Shown here piece by piece: positions 9,115 to 18,909 of a stretch of DNA of 49,791 nucleotides. Below the pieces are notes generated by a model that was not told the origin of the DNA, searched no databases, and was given only the letters and a program-made list of their open reading frames with translations. How positions within the stretch are numbered: the stretch's first letter is position 1; each line of letters starts with the position of its first letter. A program made the translations under genes and the position numbers. Source of the DNA: Burkholderiaceae bacterium (GTDB taxonomy: Bacteria; Pseudomonadota; Gammaproteobacteria; Burkholderiales; Burkholderiaceae_E); assembly GCA_044356115.1 (NCBI GenBank), contig JBIKWU010000001.1, positions 1 through 49,791 of the forward strand, written 5' to 3'.

Positions 9115-10818
9115 TCAGCTCCGTGCCAGCGCTCGCCAGCGCTCGCCCTCGAGTGCCGCGCTGCCGTCGCGGCGCAGCTTGATCAGGTGCGCGGTGAGCG
9201 AGCGCAGCGCCACCGGGTGCAGGGCAGGGCGCACGTCGTCATACACCTTCGCGAGCAGGGTGCCGGCATCGGCCGGGCCGAGTTCGTTCAGGGCCTGCAG
9301 CACCTTGGTCTCGCGGGCGAGACGATGCCGGATCACGCCCTCGATCACGCGGCGCGGTTCGGCCATGAGGAAGCCGTGGCCGGGCGCCAGCCATTCGAGC
9401 GGCAGGGGCACCAGCGCCCGCAGCGACTCGAGGTAGGCGCTCATGTCGCCATCGGGCGGGCCGATCACCACGGTGGAGGCCCCCATCAGGTGATCGCCGG
9501 TGAACAGCGTGGCCTCCTCCTCGAGGAGAAAGCACAGGTGATTGGAGGCGTGCCCCGGGGTGTGGAGCACCCGCAGGCTGACCCCGGTGTCGACGCGCAG
9601 GCATTCGCCATGAACCGGCTGGCGGCTGGGCGCGAAGCTGGGGTCCTGGTTGGCGGCGTGGTCGGCGATGCGGCCCAGCACCGGCGCGCCGGTGCGGGCG
9701 GCGAGTGCGACCGCCCCCGGGGAGTGGTCCGGATGGGTGTGGGTGACCAGGATCAGCTCGATCGGGCCGGGCGCGGCTGCCACCACGGCATCGAGATGCA
9801 CGCCCAGCGACGGGCCGGGATCGATCACCGCCCAGCGGTTCGCCGGGCCGCCGCCCACCAGGTAGGTGTTGGTGCCGGGGCCGGTCATCATGCCGGGATT
9901 GGGCGCGGTGACGCGGATGACCCGCGGCGAGAGGCGAACCGCCAGGCCGGGTTCGATCGCATAGCGCGCGCTGCCGTGGCCTGCCGGATCGAGCCGGCCG
10001 ACCTCGGCCCAGGCGGGGTGATCGGCCGCCACCGGCATCATGCCCTGCGGGCCGTCGGCCACCCGCGGCGCGGGCAGGGCCACGGTGCGCGGCGCGCGCG
10101 CGTGGTCGAGCACGTCCTGCGCGCGGTTGAATCGGGCCAGGGTCTCGAGCGTGACCCGCGTGGGGCCGAGCAGCTTGAGGGAGTCGCTGCGCGCCACCGC
10201 CTCGGCGGGCGGCAACCAGAGCTGCTCCACGAGCTCGACGGCATCGTGCGCCGACTCCTGCGCCTGGGGCGCGATCGCGAAGAAGAAGCGGGTGTCCCAG
10301 CGCTTGACGCGGATTGCCGGCGTGACCCAGCGGGCGTGGTAGGCGAGGTGCTGCGTGGCCAGCCGCAGTCCGAAGTGCTCGCACAGCGCGGCCAGCGTGG
10401 TCTCGCCGCGATGCAGCCGCGGCCGCCACGACAGGATGGCCTCGCCACGCTCGCCCTCCAGGCGCACCAGCGACCCGTCGGGTTCGCAGGCGAGCAGCAG
10501 TCCGGATTCCTCGAAGCACTCCCGGATGGCCGCCACGTAGTAGTCGAGGCCGCCCTCGGCGAGGCCCATGCCGGTGCTGGCAGCGGCATCGTCCAGCCCG
10601 TGGCAGTGGGCATGCCCGCCGCGGTCGGCGGCGTCGAGCACGCCGCCCGGGAAGACCCAGGCGCCGCTGCTGTGGTCGCCGCGTTCGGCGCGACGCAGCA
10701 GCAGCACCTCCAGGCCCTGGGGCGCGTCGCGCATGACCACCAGGGTGGCGGCATTGCGCAGCGGCGCGATGGTGGCGGGCGCGGCGTCGGCGTTGGGCGG
10801 CTGGGTGGCGAGGGTCAT
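9115..10818 (-). CDS. Nudix hydrolase (NUDT19-like split box) fused to MBL-fold metallo-hydrolase (LACTB2-like)
   Basis: N-half: AATLVVMRD, WVFPGG...AAIRECFEESGL, WVTP and RWDTRFF. C-half: APNPGMMTGPGTNTY, THTHPDHSPG, TPGHASNH, TGDH and APGHG. Confidence 0.9.
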   Translation of the reverse strand: MTLATQPPNADAAPATIAPLRNAATLVVMRDAPQGLEVLLLRRAERGDHSSGAWVFPGGVLDAADRGGHAHCHGLDDAAASTGMGLAEGGLDYYVAAIRECFEESGLLLACEPDGSLVRLEGERGEAILSWRPRLHRGETTLAALCEHFGLRLATQHLAYHARWVTPAIRVKRWDTRFFFAIAPQAQESAHDAVELVEQLWLPPAEAVARSDSLKLLGPTRVTLETLARFNRAQDVLDHARAPRTVALPAPRVADGPQGMMPVAADHPAWAEVGRLDPAGHGSARYAIEPGLAVRLSPRVIRVTAPNPGMMTGPGTNTYLVGGGPANRWAVIDPGPSLGVHLDAVVAAAPGPIELILVTHTHPDHSPGAVALAARTGAPVLGRIADHAANQDPSFAPSRQPVHGECLRVDTGVSLRVLHTPGHASNHLCFLLEEEATLFTGDHLMGASTVVIGPPDGDMSAYLESLRALVPLPLEWLAPGHGFLMAEPRRVIEGVIRHRLARETKVLQALNELGPADAGTLLAKVYDDVRPALHPVALRSLTAHLIKLRRDGSAALEGERWRALARS

Positions 10819-10869
10819 GGGCGGCTCGACAGGGTTGGGGGCTGGCGGATGCGGGTGGGCTCGCGGGGG

Positions 10870-11703
10870 TCAGCGGCCGGTGAACACCGGCGCACGCTTC
10901 TCGACGAAGGCGCGCACCGCCTCCCGATGGTCTTCGGTGGCCGAGCAGGCGACCAGACGGCGCGCCTCCTGACGCAGCGCGGCATCGAAGTCGATGTGCA
11001 GCGCCTCGTCGAGGTTGTCCTTGATGCTGGCCAGCGCCTGCCGGGGGCCCTGCGCCATCGACCGGGCCATCGCGAAGGCTTCGGGCGCGAGCTGCGCGTC
11101 GGGCACCACCCGGTTGAACAGGCCGATGCGCTCGGCGCGCTCGGCGTCGACCCGCTCGGAGGTGAACATCAGCTGGCGGGCCATCGGCGAGCCCACCGCG
11201 CGGGTGAGCAACCAGGCCACGCCGTAGTCACCCGAGAGCCCGATCCGCGAGTAGCCGGCGCTCACGAAGGCCGAGGCGGCCGCGATGCGGATGTCGCAGG
11301 CCAGCGCGATGGCCAGGCCCGCGCCGGCGGCTGCGCCGGGCAGCGCGGCGATCGTGGGCTTGCGCACCGCCATCAGCGCGCCGGTGAGCAGACGCTGGCG
11401 CTCGACCAGGTCGCTGATGCGGGCCTGGGGCGACCAGTCCTTGCGGCTGCTGTTGTCGCCCATGCCCTTGACGTCGCCGCCGGCGCAGAACGCCGTACCC
11501 GCGCCGGTGATCAGCAGCGCGCCGACCTCGGGATCGTCACCACAGTCGCGGATCATGCGTCGCAGCGCCGGCGTGAGCTGGTCGGACAGGGCATTGCGGG
11601 CCTGCGGCCGGTTCAGGGTGATCAGCGCGACCGAGTCGCGGATCTCGCACAACAGCTGGTCGGTGCCGGTGTCGATGACGCGGGCCTGCGAAGTCGGGTT
11701 CAT
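10870..11703 (-). CDS. Enoyl-CoA hydratase/isomerase (PaaG-like crotonase)
   Basis: LNRPQARNAL, AFCAGGDV, KPTIAAL, LACDIRIA, IGLSGDYG and EDHREAVRAFVEKRAPVFTGR. Confidence 0.92.
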   Translation of the reverse strand: MNPTSQARVIDTGTDQLLCEIRDSVALITLNRPQARNALSDQLTPALRRMIRDCGDDPEVGALLITGAGTAFCAGGDVKGMGDNSSRKDWSPQARISDLVERQRLLTGALMAVRKPTIAALPGAAAGAGLAIALACDIRIAAASAFVSAGYSRIGLSGDYGVAWLLTRAVGSPMARQLMFTSERVDAERAERIGLFNRVVPDAQLAPEAFAMARSMAQGPRQALASIKDNLDEALHIDFDAALRQEARRLVACSATEDHREAVRAFVEKRAPVFTGR

Positions 11704-11747
11704 GGGCGCTCCTGCGGCGTGGGCATGGGTTGTCGGGGCGGATTCGG

Positions 11748-13034
11748 TCAGACGGCCTGCCGCGCGCCCAGGCTGGGCCGCTGGATGCCGAAGCGGGCCA
11801 GTTCAGGCACATCGCGGCCGCAGAGTGCGTCGGCCAGCCACTGCCCGGTGACGGCCGACATGGTCAGGCCGAGGTGGCCATGGCCGAAGGCGGCCCAGAC
11901 CGAGGGCAGCCCGGGCAACGGGCCCAGCACCGGCAGCGTGTCGGGCAGGCAGGGGCGATGGCCCATCCAGCGGGTCTGGCCGGCCGCGCCGGCCTCGCCC
12001 GCCTGGGGGAAGGCGCGCGCGAAGCTTGACTGCAGCAGCGCGAAGCGGCGCTCGCCGGGATCGGCGCGCAGGCCGGCGAACTCCACCGTGCCGCCGCAGC
12101 GCACCCCGGCGCGCATGGGCACGATGAAGACCTTGGTGTCGCCGGTGACCACCGGTCCGCGCAAGGCCTGGCCGGGCGCGACCTCGGCGCTGCTGCGCTG
12201 CAGGTGGTAGCCGCGCTGGCTTTCCAGGGGCACGCGCAGGCCCAGCGGGCGCAGCAGGTCCATCGACCAGGCACCCGCCGCCAGCACGCTGGCCTGCGCC
12301 GCAAAGGTGCGGCCGGCGGCCTGCAGGCCGCCATCGGCGCGCAGCGCATCCACCGGGGCCTGGATGAATTCGACATCGCGCTCCCGCAGGGCCTGCGCCA
12401 GCCGCAGGCACAGGCCGTGCGGGTCGGTGATCGCCGCGACCTCGGGCAGGAACATGCCGGCGGTGTAAGCCGGGCCCAGGCCAGGCTGGCGGGCCAGCAG
12501 ACCGTCGCGATCGAGCGCCTCGGCACGCACGCCGAGCTCGGCCCGCAGCCGCCAGGCAAAGCCGTCGGCGGCCAGGGCCTGGCGCGAGGCATAGACATGC
12601 AGCTGGCCGGTGTGCTCGAGCAGGTCGCGCGCGCCGACGGCCGCGAGCACCGCCTCCCACGCGGGCAGCGTGGGCGAGAGGATGGCGAGCAGCGCCTCGG
12701 CCACCTGCCGCACCGTGGCCTCGTCGGAGACCCGCACGAACTGCCGCAGCCAGGGCAGCGCGCGCAGCAGGTAGCGGCGGCGGACCACCAGCGGCGCATC
12801 GGCGCTGGCGAGCATCTTCAGGCCGGCACGGGCTGCACCGGGCACCGCCAGCGGCACCACCGACGCGCTGGAGAGCGAGCCCGAGTTGCCGAAGGAGGCG
12901 CCGGCGCCCGGTGGCTGCGCATCGAACACGCGCACCGTGCGGCCCCGGCAGACGAGCGCCCAGGCCACCGACAGGCCGACAATGCCGGCGCCGACGATGT
13001 TGACCGGGCCGGCGGCCGGCGACCGCGCGTTCAT
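11748..13034 (-). CDS. FAD-dependent oxidoreductase, D-amino acid dehydrogenase/oxidase family
   Basis: ATG at 13034. GAGIVG FAD-binding motif, ASFGNSG, AAGAWS, RGYH, WMGHRPCLPDTLPVLG and FGHGHLGLT. Confidence 0.88.
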   Translation of the reverse strand: MNARSPAAGPVNIVGAGIVGLSVAWALVCRGRTVRVFDAQPPGAGASFGNSGSLSSASVVPLAVPGAARAGLKMLASADAPLVVRRRYLLRALPWLRQFVRVSDEATVRQVAEALLAILSPTLPAWEAVLAAVGARDLLEHTGQLHVYASRQALAADGFAWRLRAELGVRAEALDRDGLLARQPGLGPAYTAGMFLPEVAAITDPHGLCLRLAQALRERDVEFIQAPVDALRADGGLQAAGRTFAAQASVLAAGAWSMDLLRPLGLRVPLESQRGYHLQRSSAEVAPGQALRGPVVTGDTKVFIVPMRAGVRCGGTVEFAGLRADPGERRFALLQSSFARAFPQAGEAGAAGQTRWMGHRPCLPDTLPVLGPLPGLPSVWAAFGHGHLGLTMSAVTGQWLADALCGRDVPELARFGIQRPSLGARQAV

Positions 13035-13042
13035 GGCGGGGC

Positions 13043-13711
13043 TCAGCGGTACACGCCGTCCCAGGGGCCGGGCACCACCGAGGCCGTGCGCCCGTCGGCC
13101 GCCACGGTGGGTCTGTTCAGCGAGAACACGGTCTCGGGCGAGAGCACCGAGTAGTCCATGTAGCCCAGCCGCGCGAGCGGCTTCATGGCCGGGGTGTCGA
13201 CGATGCCGTCGCGGATGAAGGCATCGTCGATGTAGATGCCGGTGACCAGGCCGAAGACCACGGTGTAGGTGACGCCCTTGCCGTCGGGCGGCGCGGGCAT
13301 GTCGAGGGTCTTCCAGAGCCGGCACTCGAAGGCCGCGGGACTCTCGCCCACGCGCGGCGCGCGCACCGTGACGCCGGGCGCGGCGGTGAGGCCGGCCAGC
13401 GCGAACTCGTCGACGCCGGGCGCCACCGTGGCCGAGCTCATGTTCATCTGGTCGCGAAGCTCGAGCGTGGACAGCGAGCAGGTGAACTCGCCGCTGGCCA
13501 GGATGTTGCGCAGGCTGTCCTTGTGGCCGCCCGAGGAGAACACCACCATGGGCGGGCGATCGCTCACGGCATTGAAGAAGCTGTAGGGCGCGAGGTTGGG
13601 CTGGCCATCGGGCCCCAGGGTGCCGATCCAGCCGATCGGACGCGGCACGGCGAGCGCCTTGAAGGGGTCGAACTTCAGGCCGTGTCGGCCGGTGGCGGTG
13701 TCGTAGTGCAT
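13043..13711 (-). CDS. Flavin reductase-like FMN-binding protein
   Basis: ATG at 13711 (MHYDTATG). VPRPIGWI, NLAPYSFFNAV, KDSLRNI, ESPAAFEC and PLARLGYMDY. Confidence 0.9.
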   Translation of the reverse strand: MHYDTATGRHGLKFDPFKALAVPRPIGWIGTLGPDGQPNLAPYSFFNAVSDRPPMVVFSSGGHKDSLRNILASGEFTCSLSTLELRDQMNMSSATVAPGVDEFALAGLTAAPGVTVRAPRVGESPAAFECRLWKTLDMPAPPDGKGVTYTVVFGLVTGIYIDDAFIRDGIVDTPAMKPLARLGYMDYSVLSPETVFSLNRPTVAADGRTASVVPGPWDGVYR

Positions 13712-13897
13712 GAGGGCCTCATGGGTGCCGGGTCGGGACAGCCGGACACTACCGCAGGATGCGCCGCGGGGCCCGGACGGGGCGCCCATTATCGGGATCG
13801 GGCAGGGCGAATAGAATGGCGCCCGGAACCGTCCTGGCGCCGGCCGGTTCCGGCTGGCGATGCCGGCAGGCCGGGGCCGACTCACCGGAGAACCCTC

Positions 13898-15601
13898 GTG
13901 CGCGAACTCGACCGCTTCCTTGCCTGCCGGGATCACCTGCTGGCCAATCGCACCGACCTGGCCGCCGCGGTGGCCGGCTTCGAATGGCCACAGCTCGACC
14001 GCTTCAACTGGGCGATCGACTACTTCGATGCCATGGCCCGCGACAATCCGGCGCCGGCGCTGCACATCGTCGAGGAGTCGGGCGCGCAGTCGCGCCTGAG
14101 CTACGCCGAGCTGTCGGCGCGCTCCAACCAGGTGGCCAATTTCCTGATCGGCCTGGGCGCACGGCGCGGCGATCGCATCCTGCTGATGATCGGCAACGAG
14201 GTGCCGCTCTGGGAGACCATGCTCGCCGCGATCAAGTTCGGTGCCGTGCTGATCCCGGCCACCACGCTGCTCTCGGGCGAAGACCTCGCCGACCGGCTGC
14301 GCCGCGGTAACGTCCGGCACGTGATCACCAATGCCGCCGGCATGGCCAAGTTCCAGGAACTGCCGGCGGCCGACACCACCGGGCGCAGCCTGATCAGCGT
14401 GTCGGCGGGCAGCACCGGCCTGCCGCCGGGCTGGATCGACTACTGGGGCTCGCGCGCCTCGCCCGTCGCCTTCGAGGCGCCGGATTCCACCGTGGCCGGT
14501 GACCCGCTGCTCGAGTACTTCACCTCCGGCACCACGGCGCGGCCCAAGCTGGTCCAGCACACCCAGGTGAGCTACCCGGTGGGCCACCTGTCCACCATGT
14601 ACTGGCTGGGCCTGAAGAAGGGCGATGTCCACTGGACCATCAGCTCGCCGGGCTGGGCCAAGCACGCCTGGAGCTGCTTCTTCGCGCCCTTCAACGCGCA
14701 GGCCTGCGTGTTCATCTACAACTACAGCCGCTTCAGCGGGCCGGCCATCCTGGGCACGCTGGTCGAGCATGGCGTGAACACGCTGTGCGCGCCGCCCACG
14801 GTCTGGCGCATGCTCATCCAGGAAGACCTCAAGGCCTGGCCGGTGAAGCTGCGCGAGCTGATCTCCGCGGGCGAGCCGCTCAACCCCGAGGTGATCGAGC
14901 AGGTGCGGGCGGCCTGGAACATCGTCATCCGCGACGGCTTCGGCCAGACCGAGAGCACCGCGCAGATCGGCAACCCGCCGGGTGCGCCCCTGAAGCCGGG
15001 CTCGATGGGCCGGCCGCTGCCGGGCTACCCGATCGTGCTGCTCGACCCCGACGGCGTGCCGGGTGACGAGGGCGAGATCTGCATCGACCTGTCGCGGCGC
15101 CCGCTCGCCCTCATGACCGGCTACGCCGACGATCCCGAGAAGACCGCCGAGTGCATGCGCGACGGGTACTACCACACCGGCGACGTCGGCACCCGCGACG
15201 CCGAGGGCTACATCACCTACGTGGGCCGGGCCGATGACGTGTTCAAGGCCTCGGGCTACCGGATCAGCCCCTTCGAGCTCGAGAGCGCGCTGATCGAGCA
15301 CCCGGCGGTGGCCGAGGCGGCGGTGGTGCCCTCGCCGGATTCGCTGCGCGGCTTCGTGCCCAAGGCCTATGTGATCCTGGCTCCTGGCCACGAGCCCGGC
15401 GCGGCCACCGCCGCCGACATCTTCCGCTTCATGCGCGGCCGGGTATCGGGCTACAAGCTGGTGCGTCGTATCGAGTTCAGCGACCTGCCCAAGACCATCT
15501 CGGGCAAGATCCGCCGGGTGGAACTGCGTGGCCAGGAGAAGGCCCGGCCGGCGCAGGGCCCGCGCAACGCCGCCGAGTTCCTCGAGGAGTCGGTCCGCTG
15601 A
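13898..15601 (+). CDS. AMP-forming short/medium-chain acyl-CoA synthetase
   Basis: GGAG RBS before GTG 13898. FNWAIDYFD, YFTSGTTARPK, SSPGWAKHAW, GFGQTES, YHTGD, GRADDVFK and PKTISGKIRR. Confidence 0.92.
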   Translation: MRELDRFLACRDHLLANRTDLAAAVAGFEWPQLDRFNWAIDYFDAMARDNPAPALHIVEESGAQSRLSYAELSARSNQVANFLIGLGARRGDRILLMIGNEVPLWETMLAAIKFGAVLIPATTLLSGEDLADRLRRGNVRHVITNAAGMAKFQELPAADTTGRSLISVSAGSTGLPPGWIDYWGSRASPVAFEAPDSTVAGDPLLEYFTSGTTARPKLVQHTQVSYPVGHLSTMYWLGLKKGDVHWTISSPGWAKHAWSCFFAPFNAQACVFIYNYSRFSGPAILGTLVEHGVNTLCAPPTVWRMLIQEDLKAWPVKLRELISAGEPLNPEVIEQVRAAWNIVIRDGFGQTESTAQIGNPPGAPLKPGSMGRPLPGYPIVLLDPDGVPGDEGEICIDLSRRPLALMTGYADDPEKTAECMRDGYYHTGDVGTRDAEGYITYVGRADDVFKASGYRISPFELESALIEHPAVAEAAVVPSPDSLRGFVPKAYVILAPGHEPGAATAADIFRFMRGRVSGYKLVRRIEFSDLPKTISGKIRRVELRGQEKARPAQGPRNAAEFLEESVR

Positions 15602-15649
15602 GTGCCTTGCCGCCGCCGCGGGCTTTCCCCCGGCCGTGGCCCGCCCACC

Positions 15650-15655
15650 TATAAT
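15650..15655 (+). promoter_or_regulatory. Sigma70 -10 box upstream of the gltIJKL operon
   Basis: Perfect TATAAT in a GC-rich background, 25 nt before ATG 15681, followed by an AGAGGAG RBS. No convincing -35. Confidence 0.6.
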
Positions 15656-15680
15656 CGCCGCTTCTTAGAGGAGCCCTTCC

Positions 15681-16571
15681 ATGAAAACCGTTTCGCTGAT
15701 CGCGGGCATCGCCGCGCTGTTCGTCTCGGCCTCGGTCTCGGCCCAGGATCTCACCGGCACGCTGAAGAAGATCAAGGAGACCGGCACCATCACCATCGGC
15801 CACCGCGAGTCGTCCATTCCCTTCTCGTACCTCGATGACAAGCAGCAGCCCATCGGCTACGCGATGGACCTCTGCATGAAGGTGGTCGACGCGGTCAAGG
15901 CCGATCTCAAGCTGCCCAATCTCAAGATCGCGCTGCAGCCGGTCACCTCCAGCAACCGCATTCCGCTGCTGCAGAACGGCACCATCGACCTCGAGTGCGG
16001 CTCCACCACCAACTCGGTGCAGCGCCAGCAGCAGGTGGCCTTCGGTCCCACCTACTTCGTGATCAACGTGACCGCCGCGGTGAAGAAGACCTCCGGCGTG
16101 AACAGCCTCACCGACCTCAACGGCAAGAACATCTCCACCACCTCGGGCACCACTGCCGTGCCGCTGCTCAAGGCCTACGAGAAGACCAAGAGCATCGACG
16201 TGAAGGAGATCTACGGCAAGGACCACGCCGAGTCCTTCCTGCTGCTGGTCGAGGACCGGGTCTCCGCCTTCGTGATGGACGACATCCTGCTGGCCGGCCA
16301 GATCGCCAACGCCAAGTCGCCCGGCGACTTCAAGATCCTGGGCGAGTCGCTGCGCCAGGAGCCCTACAGCATGATGCTGCGCAAGGATGATCCCCAGTTC
16401 AAGGCGCTCATCGACAAGACCATCTCGGGTGTCATGAAGTCGGGCGAGATCGAGAAGATCTACGCCAAGTGGTTCACCAGCCCCGTGCCCCCCAAGGGCG
16501 TGAACCTGAACTTCCAGCAGACCCCGCCGCTGAAGGACGCCTTCCGCAACCCCAACGACAAGGGCGTCTGA
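15681..16571 (+). CDS. gltI: Glutamate/aspartate ABC transporter substrate-binding protein
   Basis: Signal peptide, GTLKKIKETG, GHRESSIPFSY, NRIPLLQNGTIDLECGSTTN, KDHAESF and MDDILL. Confidence 0.93.
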   Translation: MKTVSLIAGIAALFVSASVSAQDLTGTLKKIKETGTITIGHRESSIPFSYLDDKQQPIGYAMDLCMKVVDAVKADLKLPNLKIALQPVTSSNRIPLLQNGTIDLECGSTTNSVQRQQQVAFGPTYFVINVTAAVKKTSGVNSLTDLNGKNISTTSGTTAVPLLKAYEKTKSIDVKEIYGKDHAESFLLLVEDRVSAFVMDDILLAGQIANAKSPGDFKILGESLRQEPYSMMLRKDDPQFKALIDKTISGVMKSGEIEKIYAKWFTSPVPPKGVNLNFQQTPPLKDAFRNPNDKGV

Positions 16572-16585
16572 GCCCGCGTCGCGCG

Positions 16586-16608
16586 CGCCGCGCCGGGCGG
16601 GCGCGGCG
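16586..16608 (+). other. GC-rich stem-loop between gltI and gltJ (possible mRNA-stabilising or attenuating hairpin)
   Basis: CGCCGCGCC-gggcg-GGCGCGGCG is a perfect 9-bp inverted repeat. There is no U-tract. Confidence 0.4.
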
Positions 16609-16659
16609 AGCGTCTCCCGGCCCGGCGCCTGAGCCGGGTCCTCCCCCAGGGGGCCGCGC

Positions 16660-17385
16660 ATGAACCTCGGCATCTTTTTCGAGCCCAACGCCGATGGCGA
16701 CAGCCTCTGGTGGGAGTCCCTCGCCGGCGGGCTCACCTTCACGCTGTCCACGGCGCTCTTCGCGGCGATCATCGCCTTCTTCCTGGGCTCGGTGCTCGGT
16801 GTGCTGCGCACCACCGGGCGGCCCTGGCTGGTGCGGCTGGGCAATGCCTACGTCGAGCTGTTCCGCAACATCCCGCTGATCGTCCAGTTCTTCGTCTGGT
16901 ACTTCGTGCTCCCGGGCCTGGTGCCGGCGGTGAAGCGCTGGGTCACCAGCCTCGACCCCACCGAGCACCAGTTCGTCACCGCGGTGGTCTGCCTGGGGCT
17001 GTTCACCGCGGCGCGCATCAGCGAGCAGGTGCGCTCGGGCATCCAGTCCCTGCCGCGCGGCCAGCGCGCCGCCGGCTACGCCATCGGCCTGACCGAAGCG
17101 CAGACCTACCGCTTCGTGCTGCTGCCCATGGCCTACCGGATCATCATCCCGCCGCTCACCTCCGAGACGATGAACCTCATCAAGAACACCGCGGTGGCCT
17201 ATTCCATCGGGCTCACCGAGCTGTTCTTCCGCACCCGCGAGATGGGTGAACTCACCTTCCGCTACTTCGAGGCCTTCGCCGCGGCCACGCTGGTCTACGT
17301 GGTGATCGCCATGACCGCCAACCGGGTGATGGCCTGGGTGGAGCGGCGGGTGGCAGTGCCCGGCTACATCGGCTCGGGGCGCTGA
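16660..17385 (+). CDS. gltJ: Glutamate/aspartate ABC transporter permease
   Basis: YVELFRNIPLIVQFFVWYF, SEQVRSGIQSLPRGQ and PMAYRIIIPPLTSE. Confidence 0.9.
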   Translation: MNLGIFFEPNADGDSLWWESLAGGLTFTLSTALFAAIIAFFLGSVLGVLRTTGRPWLVRLGNAYVELFRNIPLIVQFFVWYFVLPGLVPAVKRWVTSLDPTEHQFVTAVVCLGLFTAARISEQVRSGIQSLPRGQRAAGYAIGLTEAQTYRFVLLPMAYRIIIPPLTSETMNLIKNTAVAYSIGLTELFFRTREMGELTFRYFEAFAAATLVYVVIAMTANRVMAWVERRVAVPGYIGSGR

Positions 17386-18071
17386 TGCAGGGCCTCGAGT
17401 TCGACATCCTGGCGCGCAGCTGGCCCTACCTGCTCAAGGGCCTGCAGTACACGGTGCAGCTCACCGTGGTGGCGGCCCTGGGCGGCGTGGTCTTCGGCAC
17501 CCTGCTGGCCATGGCCCGGCTGTCGTCGTTCCGGCCGCTGTCGATGCTCGCGGCCGGGTACGTGAACCTGATGCGCTCGGTGCCGCTGCTGCTGGTGATC
17601 TTCTGGTTCTACTTCCTGGTGCCGGTGCTCCTGCAGACCCTCACCGGCGCCGATCGCCCGCCGAGCATCGGGGCCGAGCGCTCGGCCTACTTCACCTTCA
17701 TCATGTTCGAGGCGGCGTACTTCTGCGAGATCATGCGCGCCGGCATCCAGAGCATCCCCAAGGGGCAGGTCGGCGCGGCCTATGCCATCGGCCTCGACTA
17801 CTGGCAGTCCATGCGCCTGATCGTGCTGCCGCAGGCCTTCCGCAACATGCTGCCGGTGCTGCTTACCCAGACCATCATCCTGTTCCAGGACGTCTCGCTG
17901 GTCTCGCTGCTCAATGTCACCGACTTCGTGGGCGCGGCCAGCAAGGTCGCGCAGCGCGACAGCCGGGTGGTCGAGATGTACCTGTTCGTGGCGGTGGTGT
18001 ACTTCGTGCTGTGCTCGGCGCTGTCGGCGGCGGTACGCCGCCTGCAGGCGCGCATCGCGATCGTGCGCTGA
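17385..18071 (+). CDS. gltK: Glutamate/aspartate ABC transporter permease
   Basis: [26 protein letters not shown] and [27 protein letters not shown] coupling to gltJ. Confidence 0.92.
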   Translation: MQGLEFDILARSWPYLLKGLQYTVQLTVVAALGGVVFGTLLAMARLSSFRPLSMLAAGYVNLMRSVPLLLVIFWFYFLVPVLLQTLTGADRPPSIGAERSAYFTFIMFEAAYFCEIMRAGIQSIPKGQVGAAYAIGLDYWQSMRLIVLPQAFRNMLPVLLTQTIILFQDVSLVSLLNVTDFVGAASKVAQRDSRVVEMYLFVAVVYFVLCSALSAAVRRLQARIAIVR

Positions 18072-18099
18072 GCGCCCGCCTCCTGCCCAAGGATCGCCC

Positions 18100-18834
18100 A
18101 TGTCCATGATCGAGTTCAGCCAGGTGAGCAAGTGGTACGGGGACTTCCAGGTGCTCACCGACTGCACCACCCGGGTGGCCAAGGGCGAGGTGGTGGTGGT
18201 CTGCGGGCCCTCGGGCTCGGGCAAGTCCACGCTCATCAAGTGCGCCAACGCGCTCGAGCCCTTCCAGAAGGGCGAGATCCGGGTCGACGGCGTGTCGGTC
18301 GGCGCGCCCGGCACCAACCTTCCCCGGCTGCGCTCGCGCATCGGCATGGTCTTCCAGCACTTCGAGCTCTTTCCGCACCTGTCCATCACCGAGAACCTCA
18401 CCCTGGGCCAGACCCGGGTGCTCGGGCGCAGCGCCGACCAGGCCCGCGAGAAGGGCCGGCAACTGCTCGAGCGTGTGGGCCTGTCGGCCCATGCCGCCAA
18501 GTTTCCCGGCCAGCTCTCCGGTGGTCAGCAGCAGCGGGTGGCCATCGCCCGCGCGCTGGCCATGGACCCGATCGCCATGCTGTTCGACGAGCCCACCTCG
18601 GCGCTCGATCCCGAGATGGTGAACGAGGTGCTCGATGTCATGGTCGAACTCGCCCGCGAGGGCATGACCATGATGGTGGTCACCCACGAGATGGGTTTCG
18701 CCCGCAAGGTGGCCGACCGGGTGGTGTTCATGGACCAGGGCCGCATCGTCGAGGACTGCACCAAGACCGAGTTCTTCGAGACGCCGCGCGGGCCGCGCGC
18801 CCAGGAATTCCTCTCCAAGATCCTCAGTCACTGA
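18100..18834 (+). CDS. gltL: Polar amino acid ABC transporter ATP-binding protein
   Basis: Walker A GPSGSGKS, signature [13 protein letters not shown] and Walker [14 protein letters not shown]. Confidence 0.93.
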   Translation: MSMIEFSQVSKWYGDFQVLTDCTTRVAKGEVVVVCGPSGSGKSTLIKCANALEPFQKGEIRVDGVSVGAPGTNLPRLRSRIGMVFQHFELFPHLSITENLTLGQTRVLGRSADQAREKGRQLLERVGLSAHAAKFPGQLSGGQQQRVAIARALAMDPIAMLFDEPTSALDPEMVNEVLDVMVELAREGMTMMVVTHEMGFARKVADRVVFMDQGRIVEDCTKTEFFETPRGPRAQEFLSKILSH

Positions 18835-18841
18835 TCCGCCG

Positions 18842-18886
18842 CGCGCCGGCGAGTGCCCGGGCGCGGCCCGGGCGGCCGCCGGCGCG
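18842..18886 (+). other. Long GC hairpin downstream of gltL
   Basis: Outer stem CGCGCCGGCG/CGCCGGCGCG and inner stem GCCCGGGC/GCCCGGGC. No U-tract, so it is not a canonical intrinsic terminator. Confidence 0.4.
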
Positions 18887-18909
18887 GCCCGCCTTCACCA
18901 GGAGCCGCC

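Noticed and set aside
8986-12210. 1074-aa plus-strand ORF
   Set aside because: Antisense shadow of the Nudix-MBL, crotonase and oxidase genes.
13043-15391. Apparent 782-aa protein ending in a flavin reductase domain; similar long N-extensions on ORFs 2886, 13523, 27617, 33003..35666 and 46198
   Set aside because: The extensions overlap real neighbouring genes. The true starts are downstream, most with an RBS or stop/start coupling, so these are not fusions.
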